A DNA stretch of 63,877 nucleotides, the filler included, from Reticulomyxa filosa (taxonomy: Eukaryota; Protista; Foraminifera): the NCBI GenBank assembly GCA_000512085.1. It is 18 parts of 18 records of this genome, joined end to end, with 100 filler letters (N's around TTAATTAATTAA, not from the genome) between each part and the next. Parts side by side here need not be neighbours in the genome. Positions count along the whole stretch, not along the records: positions 39,129 to 41,110 come from ASPP01027321.1; positions 41,211 to 46,546 come from ASPP01019694.1; positions 46,647 to 50,127 come from ASPP01025532.1; positions 50,228 to 57,048 come from ASPP01027430.1; 14 more parts are not named here. One strand, written 5' to 3'. The notes under the pieces are model-generated. The model saw nothing but the letters and a program-made list of their open reading frames with translations. It was not told where the DNA came from and ran no database searches. Positions 40,480-55,024 of the stretch are shown piece by piece; within the stretch, counting starts at the first letter, position 1, and every line of letters starts with the position of its first letter. The translations under genes and the position numbers were made by a program.

Positions 40480-41050
40480 TAAAAAAAAAGCATTATTGAA
40501 AAAGAGATCCATTTAAATGTACTAATAAATAAACCGAATTCATTATGCGAAGGAATGCTAGAACTTGAGGAATTAATGACTGTTGTGAAAAATTAGAAAA
40601 CTCTTAGCGAATTTGAACACACATTTGGCCGACATCCACAACCCCTTGCCTGTCGAAGTTTTTAGAAAAACTCACCGCCGAGGGATAAGGACATGTATCA
40701 ATTACTTTTGAATGCGATCAATAATGTTGCTAATTTGGATAGCGCTTCTTCACCAATGACAGTATCATGGTGTATAACACTTCTCGAATTGTTTTGTGAC
40801 GTTTGGTGACAACAGTGTACAGACTTGTGTGCTTTTGTGTTGAAAAGAGATGGAGAAAAAATCGGATTGGTGGGACTTAAAATGAAACATAGGCAAATGA
40901 ACTCGCCTGCAATATGGGGTCAATATTGGACACTTTGGTGAAAGCACTGGGATCACTGTTATCAGAAAAGCAAGTGTCGAATGAAAAGTTGATTCCGACA
41001 TATTTATTGTTTATTAATGGACTACTGAAATTAGCGGTTCAAAGAAAGCA
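40480..41050 (+). pseudogene. Decayed helical (possibly HEAT/ARM-like) protein fragment
   Basis: Coding-like remnants (GSILDTLVKALGSLLSEKQVSNEKLIPTYLLFINGLLKLAVQ) among many stops. Confidence 0.3.
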
Positions 41051-41475
41051 AAAAGTAAAAAAAAAAGCTAACAAACACAATTTTAAATTTTTTTTTTTTT
41101 TTAAAGAAATNNNNNNNNNNNNNNNNNNNNNNNNNNNNNNNNNNNNNNNNNNNNTTAATTAATTAANNNNNNNNNNNNNNNNNNNNNNNNNNNNNNNNNN
41201 NNNNNNNNNNAATATTTGTTGGAATTAATACGGTAAGATTTAAATTCTTAAAACATGTTGGACTTTATCAATCTAAAGCATTACAATATTCGATTTATTC
41301 CATAATTTAGGTGTATGAAATCTATTCTAAAATCCAATTGAATGACAGTATAAGTAATTGATGATTTCTTGTCACGTCATAACTGTTTAGTTTGTGACGT
41401 TGGAAAAAGGAATTTTTGTTTAAATTTAGGCATTTAACAATCTTTAAAACGATAGTTTTTGTTGTTTAAAAAAAG

Positions 41476-43230
41476 ATGACAGAACAAAAATTTGATTTTG
41501 AGTACACTGTAGCTTGTTTAGGTGCAGGCTATGTTGGAGGACCAACGATGGCAATGGTTGCTTTAAAGTGTCCAGAAGTGAAAGTGATTGTCGCTGACAT
41601 AAATGAAAAACAAATAAGTGCTTGGAATAGTGACAAATTGCCAATGTATGTTTTGTTTGCTTTTTTTTTAATTTAAAATTGTATAACTACGAAATTGCGC
41701 AACTACAAACAATTTGCAATGCATTCAAATATTTTAGTTATGAGCCAGGATTAGAAGAAGTTGTAAAAGCTTGTCGTGGACGAAATCTCTTTTTTACTGC
41801 AGATTGTGACAAAGCAGTAATTGAAGCAGATATGATATTTGTCAGTGTGAACACTCCAACAAAAAAATATGGTGCTGGGGCTGGAAAAGCAGCAGATTTA
41901 AAAAATTGGGAATTAGCAGCAAGACACATATCTCGTGTTGCAAATGGTGATAAAATAGTGGTTGAAAAATCAACATTACCAGTACGTACCGCCCATAGTA
42001 TGTCTCGTGTATTGCACGCTAATGATCGCAAGTTACATTTTGAAGTATTGTCCAATCCCGAATTTTTGGCGGAAGGTACTGCAATGAAAGATTTGGCGAA
42101 ACCAGACCGTGTTTTGATTGGTGGCAACAACAAAGAAAAAGCGGGCAAAAATGCGATTGATCGATTAGTTTGGATTTACGAGCACTGGGTTCCGAAAGAA
42201 CGCATTTTGACGACTAATCTTTGGAGTAGTGAGTTATCCAAATTGGTTGCCAATGCTTTCTTAGCACAACGAGTGTCCAGTATTAATAGTATCAGTGCTT
42301 TGTGTGAACAAACGGGCGCTGATATTGATGAAGTCGCAAAAGTAAATTCTGTTTTTGTTTTTCATTCGATTTTTCATTGAAGATTATTTTTCAAACAATG
42401 TTTGTATGTATGAGATATGTGTGATGTATTTTTCTCTTTCTCTATCTCTATTCTCAACTGTTCCTTTTTTTTCAAATGTAAAAAAAAAACAGTCTATTGG
42501 AATGGATCAACGTATCGGTAATCGCTTTTTACAAGCTTCAGTCGGCTTTGGTGGAAGCTGTTTCCAAAAGGATATTTTGAATTTGGTGTACATTTGTGAA
42601 AGTATTGGTTTGAAAGAGGTTGCGGAATATTGGCAACAGGTAGTGTCGATGAACGATTGGCAGAAATGTCGTTTTGCACAACGTATGGTGAAGTCAATGT
42701 TCAACACTGTCGCTGACAAACGCATTGCCATGTTGGGCTTTGCCTTCAAAAAAGACACTGGCGATACTCGTGAAACAGCTGCCGTTTATGTTGCGAAACA
42801 TTTGCTGGACGAAAGAGCCAAAATTGCCATTTATGATCCCCGCGTTTCTGAAGCCCAAATTAAAATGGATTTCGATTACTATGAGGCTTTACCAAAAGAT
42901 GAAAAGTTCAGCTCTAGAATCGACATATGCAAAGATGCTTATGGTGCATGCAAAGGAAGTCATGCCATTTGTGTTATGACCGAATGGGATGAATTCAAAG
43001 ATTTAAACTATCAAAAAATATATGACAGCATGGCCAAACCAGCTTTTATTTTTGATGGAAGGTATGACTTTGTGTTAGTTGTCGGTTTTTTTTATTGTTT
43101 AAATCTTGTTTTTTTCCTTGATAGAAACATACTCAACTTAGAAGGGCTTAAGAAAATCGGATTCGAAGTTTACGGAATTGGAAAGCCGATGCCAGAGTCT
43201 CTGAAAATGGACGAAACTTCGGTGATTTAA
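41476..43230 (+). CDS. UGDH: UDP-glucose 6-dehydrogenase, complete; exons 41476-41645, 41738-42341, 42493-43061, 43125-43230
   Basis: Rossmann motif [50 protein letters not shown], catalytic [23 protein letters not shown] and FIFDGRNIL. All three GT-AG introns phase correctly. Confidence 0.98.
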
Positions 43231-44071
43231 AAACAAAGTCTAAATTGTCAAATCTTTTCCGAGAGGAAATATTTTAATTTGATTAATTTTCTTTGTGATA
43301 GTTTTTAAATTTTTTTCTCATCGCAAAAAGTTTTATTATTTTGTGGGCACGTGGCAAATAATTGCAATGGAACTTTTTTGATGAAAAGCAAAAAGAATTC
43401 GCATTCAAAAATTTAAATATTTTATCACGTTGGAAAAATGTACGTTTCAGCGTAAACATTTTACAATTATATTTTTTGCAAATTAACATGCAGCAGTCTT
43501 ACTAAAACGAGTCTATTCTAAGGGACAAAGAGAAAAAGCAACCGAAAACATTTCTGATAATTTTAGAAAACTCCCAAACTTTAAAAAAATTTGCATTTGG
43601 TGTTTTGTTAGAAATTCAGAATGAGTTGTTTAAAACTATTTTTGTTTTAATAGCTTCAAGAAATTTAATTTTTTTTGTGATATTAAGAATATTTACCGGA
43701 GAACAAATAAAATATGTTTGTTGCAATAGCTGTTTTTGTGACTTAACATCACAATAAAATATTTTTGTAACATGAGAACATTTAAAGAGAATATTGCAGA
43801 ACAATTTCGCTTTTGTTTTATACACAAAAATTTGAGCACTCAACAATTTTAAATAAACTTGAACGTTAAACCAAATCTTTTGAAAATTACAACACACTCA
43901 CAGCCTAATTTTCAAGTGCAAGAAAATCAAATGTACGCCCAAATTTTTGGTATATGGCTATCTAAAAAAAATAGACCAAGCCTATTAAATTTTAAAGGAC
44001 GTTGAGAACGAATTTTTATGTCTTTGCTCTGATGGGATGCACGTAGCGCTATAAATACGAACGCTATTATC

Positions 44072-46515
44072 ATGTCATCATCGGCATTATCACAAAACTT
44101 TACGAGCGAAAATCACATTCCGACCATACATGATGGTTTGGATTGGCCTTTAGAATCTTTTGTTCGCCTGAGTAGCTGGATTACAGGTATTTGTTTAGTT
44201 GATTTTGATTTGGAAGATGGACAAACAATGAAATTCACGTATCCGTTGGATATTCTCTCTGGACAAGTGAAAAGAATTTTCTTTAATTTTTTTTTTTTTT
44301 TCTCCGGACTGTGCACTACAGAGATGTTAATTGGCACTATTTAAAAAAAAGGGAAAAATAAATAAACACGAAAATAGGAGAAAACAAGGGTAACGAACTT
44401 GTCATTTCCAAACAGTCATAACTCGGCCAATCAAATGGGGGATTCATATTTCTGCTTTCGGTTTCGAACGCGATTAATGAAATACTCAGAACGGAATAAA
44501 ACATTAACAGAGAAAGAAGAAGAAGACGAGGACGAAGAAGAAGACGATGAGGATGATGACGATGAGGACTCACCGAAACAAAATAGAAAGAGAAAGGAAA
44601 GCATGAAAGTGAAGACCGAGGAATCGGCGGAAGAGAAAAAGAACAAGAAAGAGGAAACGGAGAAAGCAGCCAAAATGGAGCAGATAACAATGGAATGTTA
44701 TCAACTGCGTAAAAACGACCCATTCATGTTCGGTTACGTGTTTTTCCGACAGCAGCCTGATTTCACCATATCGCGCGGATATTTCCAAAAATCGCTGGTC
44801 ATTGTGTCGCCTTTGCCGTACATTCATATATTCGAGCAAGCGTATGTTCGATTTTTTTTTTTTTTTTTTTGTCATTTGTTCGTTGCAATTTTAACTTTAT
44901 CGTGTGAATAAGCCAAAGAAAAATGCAGTAATTGCAAAGAACACATAAGCATATACATATATATATGTATATATATATACAAATATAGATACATTGTATT
45001 TACATAGTGATAAGTTGTGTGTGTGTGTGTGTTTTGCCAAAGGTGCAAAATAATTGGTCGACACTATTTTCAATTTGGTCGTCGCATTTTGTCGATTGCA
45101 TGTCACGATATAGTTCAATGGTGTGAGCCCAATTTCGCAGGAGAGGTGGAGTTACCACTGTTGGGAGAAATTATAACGACGACCATTTACCCCCATCATG
45201 CCCCCTTATCCGATGCTATTCTAAAAGGATCTTCTTCTTCTTCTTCCTCCTCTTCCTCTTCTCAACGCAAACGTCATAGTGAGTCGACTGTAAATTTGCC
45301 CCACTCAACTTCTGCGAGACAACTGCAAGGCCAGCACGGCGGAAAGTCTGCCACCCAATCGCCGTCTTTGCCCGCCAGCGTCAAAGCGGCACTTTCGACC
45401 AAGCGTGCTTCCCAAATCGTGTCAACGTCTGAATTGAAGTTACTGGCCAACGCAAGCATTTGTCCAAAAGGTGGATGCTTTCAAGAGGTGTGTCTTTTTT
45501 TTTTGTTTTGTTTTAACTTGAATGCACTTATCGAATATATGCATAATACATATATGTATATATGTACATATGTATAATTACATACATATATAAAAGTTGT
45601 ATATTTGCATAAATGAAACAATAAATTAGGTGAACTTGTACAAGTACTTTTATAACTGTTTGGGCAACCTTTGGTACCTATGGGAACTGGCGTTGATCGG
45701 AAGTCCACTGCTGGTGGAGGCGTCGTCCGCGGAAGTGTGCTCTCAGGCCGTGTTGGGGATCATGTCGTTGATCGCCCCGATTACGTACCAAGGCGACTTT
45801 CGACCATACTTTACCATTTACGATGACGACTTCAAGCACTTTTGCGATTTGCACGACCGCGGAGAATTGAACTTGAAACACAAGCCAATTATTTTGGGTG
45901 TCACTAATCCCCTTTTTCGAGAACGTATGTTTACCAAGTTTCCAAACATTTTATGTCTGACAGATAGCACCACTACCACCACGGTCCAGCATAACTCAAC
46001 CAGTCCAACCCAAACATCTGTCACGTCGCCTAAAGGTGCCTCGCAGACACTCTACTCCAACCCCACTTCCATTTCCACTTCCACGTCGACTTCCACTTCC
46101 ACTTCCACTGCCAATCCCTTGTCTTCTTCTTCCTCGGCCTTGGACTCCTCCGCGAATTCACTTGCCGGTCGAAACAACCCTGCCGACTTTGTCACTGTTT
46201 TAAAGATCAATACACAAGTTTGGTCTTTGTATTCTTTGCTTTTGTTCAACAGCATAGTACACGCCTAGTGTAGGATAATATGCAGTAATTATACGTGTAA
46301 TAACTCATAACATCACTGTCATAGTACTAACAAAAAATAAAATAAAATAGAAAAATGCATCACACAAGCCAGTGGTCACAAAAAATCGCTCTCACAAGGT
46401 GAATGGAAATGAAAACAAAATCATTTCTCAAATGACACCCTCCCTTATTTCTGACAATGTTTTGCTGTCTCAACTCGTTTCCATTGGCAAGAAGGAAGAA
46501 GTCACTTATGAGGCT
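44072..46515 (+). CDS. DENND6: DENN-domain Rab GEF DENND6/FAM116 homolog, 3'-truncated; exons 44072-44266, 44378-44841, 45043-45487, 45630-46217, 46351-~46515
   Basis: ICLVDFDLEDGQ, LSFPNSH..GDSYFCFRFR, FGYVFFRQQPD..RGYFQKSLVIVS, LWELALIGSPLLV, DFRPYFTIYDDDF and ILGVTNPLF are DENND6 hallmarks. Splice phases are consistent. Confidence 0.93.
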
Positions 46516-46646
46516 GTCCGTTCGTGTTTACAAAAAAAAAAAAAAANNNNNNNNNNNNNNNNNNNNNNNNNNNNNNNNNNNNNNNNNNNNTTAATTAATT
46601 AANNNNNNNNNNNNNNNNNNNNNNNNNNNNNNNNNNNNNNNNNNNN

Positions 46647-49400
46647 TTCTCTGGTCACAATATTGCAATCCACCGCTCGCATTGCATGACAACGACTATA
46701 AGTGGTGGAGTTCAATCATCATTTGCGGCTTCTCCAATCCATACAATCATTTGTGCCGCTTTGTTTCCATTTACAAGCTCCACACGTATACTATATTCAA
46801 GTCACAGCCAAAAGATAATATCTATATCGCAGATACAAAAAAAAAGAAAAGAAAGATAACTTGGCAGCAGGACATAGTCGATGTTTATATTGGATGACAA
46901 TGGAATTATTTGTAATTTTGTGAACTGGCATGCAAAGTATTGTTGATAGCGAATGTGTAAATGCAATTGTCATGTCGGAGATGGGGCAATATTTGAAGGC
47001 AAGCGAGTCGGTGGTGTCCAAAGTTATGCGGATGTTGCATTGACGGCGTAAGTGCCATTGGATGCCCTCATTGGAGAAAGCAGCGCCTTCTTTGCACAAA
47101 AAGAGTATAGGCATCACGGCCGACTTGCAATAAAATTGCACGTCGGTTGCGTTATGCCCATTCCCTTATTTGCGCCAATAGCGCTTCAGTCGCCTTAAGG
47201 GCATGTCATGGGCTGTTGGACAATGGCGACGGGTCTTCATTCACAACTTGTACCAGCAATCGCTGGTCGAGCCATACGTTGGATTCTTCATCGCCGTCTG
47301 TCCAATCATCACTTTGCAACGCCATCACATCATTGCGAATATCTTGGCGATCTGTATGATATATATAATTTTTTATTTGTTGTTTTTTTTTAAATAAAAA
47401 TAAAATAAAAAAACAACTTAACATTGCTGGATTGGATAACAATTGCAACATAGCAGCCGAAGTTGTGCAAGTCGTTGTGCAGTGATACATTAGAATGAAA
47501 AATTTGCCGCGACAATAGATAGTGTTTGCAGCTAAGTCCTGCGCTCGCATCGATGTGGTACCCAAAGCAATTGATTGCAAACAATGTCATTCCTGGCTGT
47601 TGACACCGTTTGTATATTTCATTCGATGGTGGTGTAGTCATCACTTCCACTTCGCCATTTGCAAGTGCACTATTGTTTTTGTTATTTTTTTTATATCTTT
47701 TTTAATCAAATTTATCTTTGCAATACATACTCTCCCTTGTTATCTCTGATATACGTAAACGTAACCTTTTTTTTTTTTAATGAACATTTTTTTTTTCCTT
47801 TACTCACTGTTAGTTACCTGCACAATGTTGATTTGAAGGCCAATTTATGAAACGTTGAGGAGATTATGGATGTAGATGGAGACATATTTATGGACTGCAT
47901 TTTGTGTGGGCTCTTATTGGAATTCTTTGGATTGATCGGTAGCTGTTGGGGAATACGCATACTTTCGTTCTTCGATATCATTGACTTATTGAAAATTTGC
48001 ACCAACGATATGGTTGTCAAGTCATTGGTTTGTGAATATTGCTCACGTTTCCATGTTATAAATTCTACACGTGGCTGATAGAGTTGCTCCTTGATGTTGT
48101 AAATACATTTATATTGTCGTGATGATACAAACGCGTTTGTCCGTTCCCAGCTGAGTTGCAAATTTTCATTTTTTGCACTTGACACCACCATGAGCACATT
48201 TAATGAATGTGGAATCACCGACACCAAGGTGGATTTCACGCTGCTGTCAACAACTAAAAGTCTCCACTCAATTTTTTTTGCTCAGTTTGCCCCCTCCGTT
48301 CCTACTGGACACGCCGAACAGAAGGATATCAAATGAGCAATAAAGCCACTTTAAGAAAAACTTTGTGGCGAATGATTTGTGGCAATGCCGAGTTAATTGG
48401 AAAATGTAATTTGTTGCAATTTGTTTTGTATACATTCACAATAGCTAACGCATAAAAAAAGTTAGTATTTTTCTCATTTCAAAACTCTTTTCAAACTAAT
48501 CTCAGCCTGCTCAAATAAAAAGGCTAACAGATAAAAACAAAAATAATCTCCAATCAAAAAACGGGACCACAGTAAATTTCAACAAAAGAACGAACAAGTC
48601 TTTCATAGCTGCGGCATAGAAAAATGCCTTATCTTTCATACGATCAAGTTTGTAATGCATATCGTGGAGATTGCATGATTTGGTCATGTAATGCAATGAC
48701 GAGACATTGACAAAACCTTTGCATTCGTTCGCTATGTCAATGCCATTAAAATACAAAATTACATATGGTGCACAAAGTACAATTTCTTGACTTTGTTTTT
48801 GTTTGAAATTTGGAGAAATCGAAATAAATGTGCCACCATTCCAATAAGAAAATAAGCAGTCTTTTCTCTCTGTTGCATTCCTCTACGAAGAGTGCAAGAG
48901 CATGATATTCAAATACAGAAATTGGTGCACCTACGCCACAAATCTTTGCAAATCTCTCAATACCTTTCGTATGGTCATTATAGCAATCTCATGTTGTTCA
49001 GTACAGTCTTTGTAATACATCTTTTATCCAATTCACCAATTTTCTACTATTAAATATGACAAAAATCTCCTTTCTTTTGACCTGCTTATCGTCACATGTA
49101 TTGGTAGTTTTTTCATTGAATTCACCATATTGTTTTGTTCAACATGATCAATTGTAAAATCAACTGTTTCTCCAATCTTTTTGCATCAAATGACGTATAA
49201 ACTACTTATTGGCAATGTTTTTTGCATACATTCTACTTGAATTTTATGTGAATATTTTTTCATAGAATCAATATTATTTTTTGGATAATCATTAATTGCT
49301 TCATAATCTTTTGATCTAATACAATTATCTTTGTATTTGCGTAATGAGCCAGTCATTAATTGCACATTATCCTGAAGTGAATAACCGTGCAATTGGCCAC
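46647..49400 (-). pseudogene. Decayed multi-exon hypothetical gene(s)
   Basis: Colinear minus-strand coding-like blocks (47814-48239, 47420-47670, 46860-47352, 48511-49392) with intact GT-AG introns but several in-frame stops and frameshifts. Confidence 0.45.
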
Positions 49401-50279
49401 ATTATGGAAAAAATAAAAGGGAATTGGACATGAAGTAATCCAAAGATAAAATATTGATGCATAATGAAAAAAGAAACGTGATTCAATTTGGCTTACTTAG
49501 AAGGTATTGGTAAATAAAATTCAGACAAAATTAAAATAATTTATTTTGTTTTTTTAACAGCAATATTACCTTTTGCTCAAAATTATTGGGTATTGGAGTT
49601 ATGTCATTATCAGATATAAGATAGATGCAATTATCCGAGGCAAATAATAACTTTGTTTGAAGTGAATGTTGAACAAATTAAATTTGGCTGTCAAAAAAAA
49701 TCACACGTTGATAATAAAATATAAAGTAAGTGAAAGCAATAATCATTTGTCATTTATCACTTCTCTTATTGGCAATGCTGATATATTTCAATTAGATCAA
49801 TTTCAATTTATTAAACACGCCATTTTATTGGTCATGTAGCATGAATTTTCTTGATTTGTTATTCAAATCCGAAATGGGGTAAAAGAGATGACCAAAATAA
49901 AAAAAGAAAAAAGAAATGAATGCTGCTGTTTCATAACAATTGAAGATTTTATATTGGATATATGAAAATGATAATGCGTTTGAATCTCTGAAATTGTATG
50001 CATTTTATATAAGCAAACACTCCGTTTTTTATTTTGAGTTTTTTCTGTGTGCTATGATATATTATTTCAAAATTCAATGAAAAATTTGCCTAAAATCTCT
50101 TTTGGTCATCTTTTCTTTATCTGATGANNNNNNNNNNNNNNNNNNNNNNNNNNNNNNNNNNNNNNNNNNNNTTAATTAATTAANNNNNNNNNNNNNNNNN
50201 NNNNNNNNNNNNNNNNNNNNNNNNNNNTAAGAAAAAGAAAAAAAATGTGATAAAAAAAAGGAGAAAAAAAAGTATAATT

Positions 50280-53200
50280 GGAGAATTGACTCCAAAAATC
50301 ATTTCTATCCCGAGGATAGCAAAACTTAGTTAAGTAAATAAAAATATTTTTATATATATGTGACTTGTTTTAACAAAAAAAAATATAGACGAAAGCGTGG
50401 CAGCGAGCAAGTTCCAATATTTAAAATAATCAAATATCACACTCTAACTTTGTATCTAACCTTGTATTTTCATTTTTTTGCCATACTAAAATAAGGTTTG
50501 CTTTTTTAAATATAGGTGACAAGAAAAACAAGATTTAAAGTATTCAAAGAATCGTTTCGACACTAAATGATGAAAAGGTGCATCTGCCTAGCTTTGTGAG
50601 AGTTCCCACGTGAAAAAGACACGTCAAAATCGTTTGCCAAGCATCTGATGGATAATTTGTGTTAATGTTGTTCAAAACACCAATGGAATATCATAAATGG
50701 ATTGTGGACAGTAAACTTGATCTCTATGCAAAAGGATAAATGTTTTGTGATATTGTTATGCGCTATTGGTGCAAAATGGAAGACTACTTGCCTAGCACAA
50801 TAATGGAACTCTAGACTGCATTCGCCATCAATTGAAGCCTTTGTTCTCAATCGCACTGTCATCTTTTATTGACCAATTGCATGTCAAATCACTATCATAC
50901 ACAACAACATACAAGATCACCTTCATATAAATCTACTTCGCCTCCAATGCGATATATGTCCTATTCTACAATATAGATCACAACTTTTTCTCTAGCTCCA
51001 TATCTTGCTGTAAACACTCTGCAACAATTGTATCAATCTCATCACTCGCGTTTCCCAACAAGAGCTCGACTTTGCTGCAAACACGGTACCTCTCTATTCA
51101 CAACAAGACATCCTACAATGTTTCCACACATTTACACTACAGTTGTGAGCAATCATAGTTTGTTACAAAGCTGTCTTGAATTGTGATGTGTTTTTTGAAT
51201 TGTATAGATTGGATTAATGGCATCGATAGTGAAAAGCAAGGACGTGCCTGTATTACAAGTGGTGGCACAGTGGCAAAGGTCTCTGGTTACAAGATAGATG
51301 GCCATTGAACAGTAACAAAAATGAAAACATTGCGAATTGAATTTGGGTGGTCCATTTACAATTACCGATGTTATGGTGTATGGTACGTGACATCGCACTA
51401 TATCAGCTGTGTCAGTCTTAAACTTGCGTTACTCGTCGTGGAAATTTAGTAAGCGTATCCTTCTGATGGAGGATCTATCATTTTATTGCGGACATGTAGT
51501 GAAACCAAACAGTCAAGCGAATTTCCGTGCGGTGGGTGGGCAACATTTTGGATTAGCTGCAGTTCTTTCGCGTAGTTGAGTCACGTATTTGGAGAAATTG
51601 ATTAAAAAAAATTTCCTGTTTCAATTCGGACCACGCTATGATTTACTTCATGTGGAATGTGAGTATCAAATGCGGTTCGGGATACTGAAGATATTCCGAA
51701 TAGATTGTTGGAAAGAATTGCACAATGCACGATCATATTCAATCAGCAATAGCACTATTTTCACTCATGCACTTAATTCAACGGCTGCTCCATTCCACCC
51801 CACTTTTTTGCTGACACCAACACTGGTGTAAATTGCAGTTCTATTATGTACAAGTGTGTTGGAAGTGTATGAATGGCTGATCATAATTCTGGAGTCATCT
51901 CCAACTTAACGACCAACTATACGACATTGTGCAAATAGATTGGCTTTATCTATCCTTGAGCATCGGTCGGGCTCGTGCAATCAAGCAGGAAATGTCAAAT
52001 TTATCAGAGGCTCGAGCAAGTATTACGAAGATCACATCCGATCAAAAGAATACATCATCAATAATTGAACGTTGTACCGAGAGACAAGTGGAAAAATAAT
52101 CGTCATATTTGTGAAGCAAATAGATATTTTTTCAAACTAGCATCCTTCAAGTAATGATACAAGCCAATCCACATTCTCAATAATGCCATCGAAAGGATAT
52201 ACTCTGAGTATTACCTTTACGATATATTGCAAATATGTCCGGAATAGCAGTGGTAGTCAACTCTCCCTTTTTTTTTATTTAATACCATGCAGTGCACATA
52301 ATCAATCATTCAGACCAATGGCAGACTTTGCAATATGATAATACAACTCACAAACATATATCGGCCAGTTTGCCTATTGGCGCAATGGACGTGATCGTGG
52401 TTATCATTGACATGCACGGAATAGCAAATGATGTGTCATTGTTTGACTATTCTGTCTTGTTGTTCAAATATGAAGCCACAGTAGAAGACATCAATCTGAA
52501 AGATCTTTTCCAAATGGGACATTAATTGAAGCGAAAGATTTAGATATTAAAGACAATTCTTGGAAGCATCATCGGCATATAACACGTATAACTCCTTGAT
52601 GATCAATTTTTCATATTCCGCCAAATTCATGTCGCCACAAGCAATCAAATACCGAATGTGACCAACCAACTTATTATAATAAGGCTTCCAATTTATCGAC
52701 GTCATCATCGTCGCATAAGCGTATTATTGGGCAAAGACACTACTGGAATACTATTTGGATGCAATTGCATGCAGGCAACAGAGAGATTGGAATCAGGCTA
52801 AGCAATTTCTGAGGTCTCTCAGCAAATTAGCAAATTGGTATCTCGTGAGCAAGTCACAACTACATTGCCGTCACATCGATGATGAAGGAGATAACGTGAG
52901 TTCATATCTTTCGATAGAGCGTGTTGTTATCCAACTCTGTCTTCTCTTGGTACTTATCACAATTACATTTCAAACGTGTATTTTGTGATAAGATTACACA
53001 ACTAAAGAAATCAAAGAGAGAACAATTGTACCGGAGTTGTCGTAGTGGACGCACCTTTAGACAATGATGTCAAAGAATGATGGAGATATTCAAGTGGATG
53101 CATATTCAATGGGTTGAAACTTTTCTTGAGTATGCAATCCTGCCATTATTCAAATTTAAACAGTGAATAGATATACGTTATCCAGAACAATGGGGGATGA

Positions 53201-53620
53201 TATCAACTCTATTTGAAGGTTAGTGTTGATGTATATTGTTTTAGTATCATATTTTCAGTAATTGTAATATACAAGGTGGACATTGATCTTTCATTGTGAA
53301 GTGTTTTGCTTTGGATAGTGAGAAGGAAAAAAGAAACGAAAGAAAAAAAGCAAAAATGTCTATAAATGGCAACAATGTGGAAGTTGCAATGAATCTTATG
53401 GAAGGGAAACAACGATGACAGCGTATTGGTCAAAGAAGTATGAGCCTATCGTGAGAAGCAAGTCATATGTCCACGTCCACACAGAGACAATGTGGATGAA
53501 GATGTCGACACAATAATCACTTGGAGGTGCGTCACATTTTTTATCAAGCCTATATATGCGTTATCGAAATTGACCAAGAGCAAAACTTTCCAAATTCATT
53601 GCAGTTAAACATTTATCACT
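50280..53620 (+). pseudogene. Heavily decayed large gene of unknown family
   Basis: Higher GC than intergenic DNA, plus-strand intron remnants (e.g. gtagtc..ccatgcag ~52253-52292), and short protein-like runs (YDIVQIDWLYLSLSIGRARAIKQEMSNL; YLDAIACRQQRDWNQAKQFLRSL) broken by frequent stops. Confidence 0.4.
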
Positions 53621-55024
53621 GTTGTCTTTTTAAGCAATTTAAATTATTTTGCTGTTGTTTTCCCTCTATAATATTACAAAACTAGAATACTAACTTTCCA
53701 GATGTTATAATAGAAACGAAGTCTCAACAAATTGAAAGTACAGAAATATTTGGCAGCCTTCACATTGCAATGAAACAACATGAACAAAAAATACTCGTCG
53801 TGGCATTAGTGCAAAGATGCAGCTTGAATTTTCACAATTATAAACTTTGGGTTTTGTTGTGAGATTTGGCATGCTCTGAGATGCCCAAAGCAGCTATAAA
53901 TCACTATAGGTATTGCATACCGAACACGTTTAGTGGAAAATGCAACTCAATATATAGCAAATGAAAAAGAATGTATTATCCTTGTTTTTGAAAATAGTAA
54001 AAGTATTGAGATTTAATGTTAAATAATGTATGTTAATACACTTTATTTCTCTTTTTCTATTTGCATCTGATGTGCTAATGTAAGAAGGTATCTCACATTT
54101 GATTGATATAAAACAAAATATCATTAAGAAGTGAATGAATCTAATCTCTAATCAAGTGAAAGAGTCGCAGATGACGATGCGCGCAAGTTATTACATCAAA
54201 AGGGCCTGATTGTGCGATCCTTTGATCAAGTGAAAAAGAAAATAACTCAAGGAAATATTACTTTGCGTGAAAACATCGTTCGCTGGGCTACATGGAAAAT
54301 TCAAATTTGAGTGTTGTGAAATGTGATTGCAATATGCAAAGTAGTTCGTTTTGGACTATGTGTGAAGATAATCAAATTGAGATGATGTTCGAACTGTAAG
54401 TTGAAAAAAAACAATCGTTCGAATTATCAAAACATTTGTCCGAGATGAATTGCAGTCGTCATCTAAAGCGTTATGAATGTACTCATAAAAAAAAACTTGT
54501 TTGGAGAGGAAGGGTGTATTGACTGCTATTCTTTTTCTCATTTAGTTAAATTTTGTAAGCTCCAATTCACTGACACCTTTTCAAGCATTCTACTATTTCA
54601 ATTTCTGCTTCAAATTTTAGATTAAAATAAGTGAATTTGTTATTTATTCCATTAACAAAATTCAATTATCGATCATATGAAAAATTAAATACCAAATCTA
54701 AAACTTTGTAATTGTTGAAAAAAAAAGAACTTATTTTGATTGTTTTTTGTTTAAAAACATATCTGTTTTTCTGGAGATTCCCAAATTGATTGAACATCTA
54801 AATTACTTAAAGCATTCGAAAAAATATTTGCAGAGAATATACAAGATAATATTTCAAGAAGCATTGTGAATCCATTTAATTTTTTTATATGAAGTAAAAT
54901 GTTTCTTTAGATTGTAAACTCAAATTTTTGTTTATATAAAAAACACACCAAAAATTTCAAATAAGTATTTTCTTATTTGTCTAACGACAATGTTTTGTTT
55001 GATTAAATCAAAACGTTATTTTCT

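Noticed and set aside
52300-53620. Callose/1,3-beta-glucan synthase remnant on the minus strand
   Set aside because: Only faint two- or three-residue resemblances, no diagnostic motifs, and intron remnants point to the plus strand.
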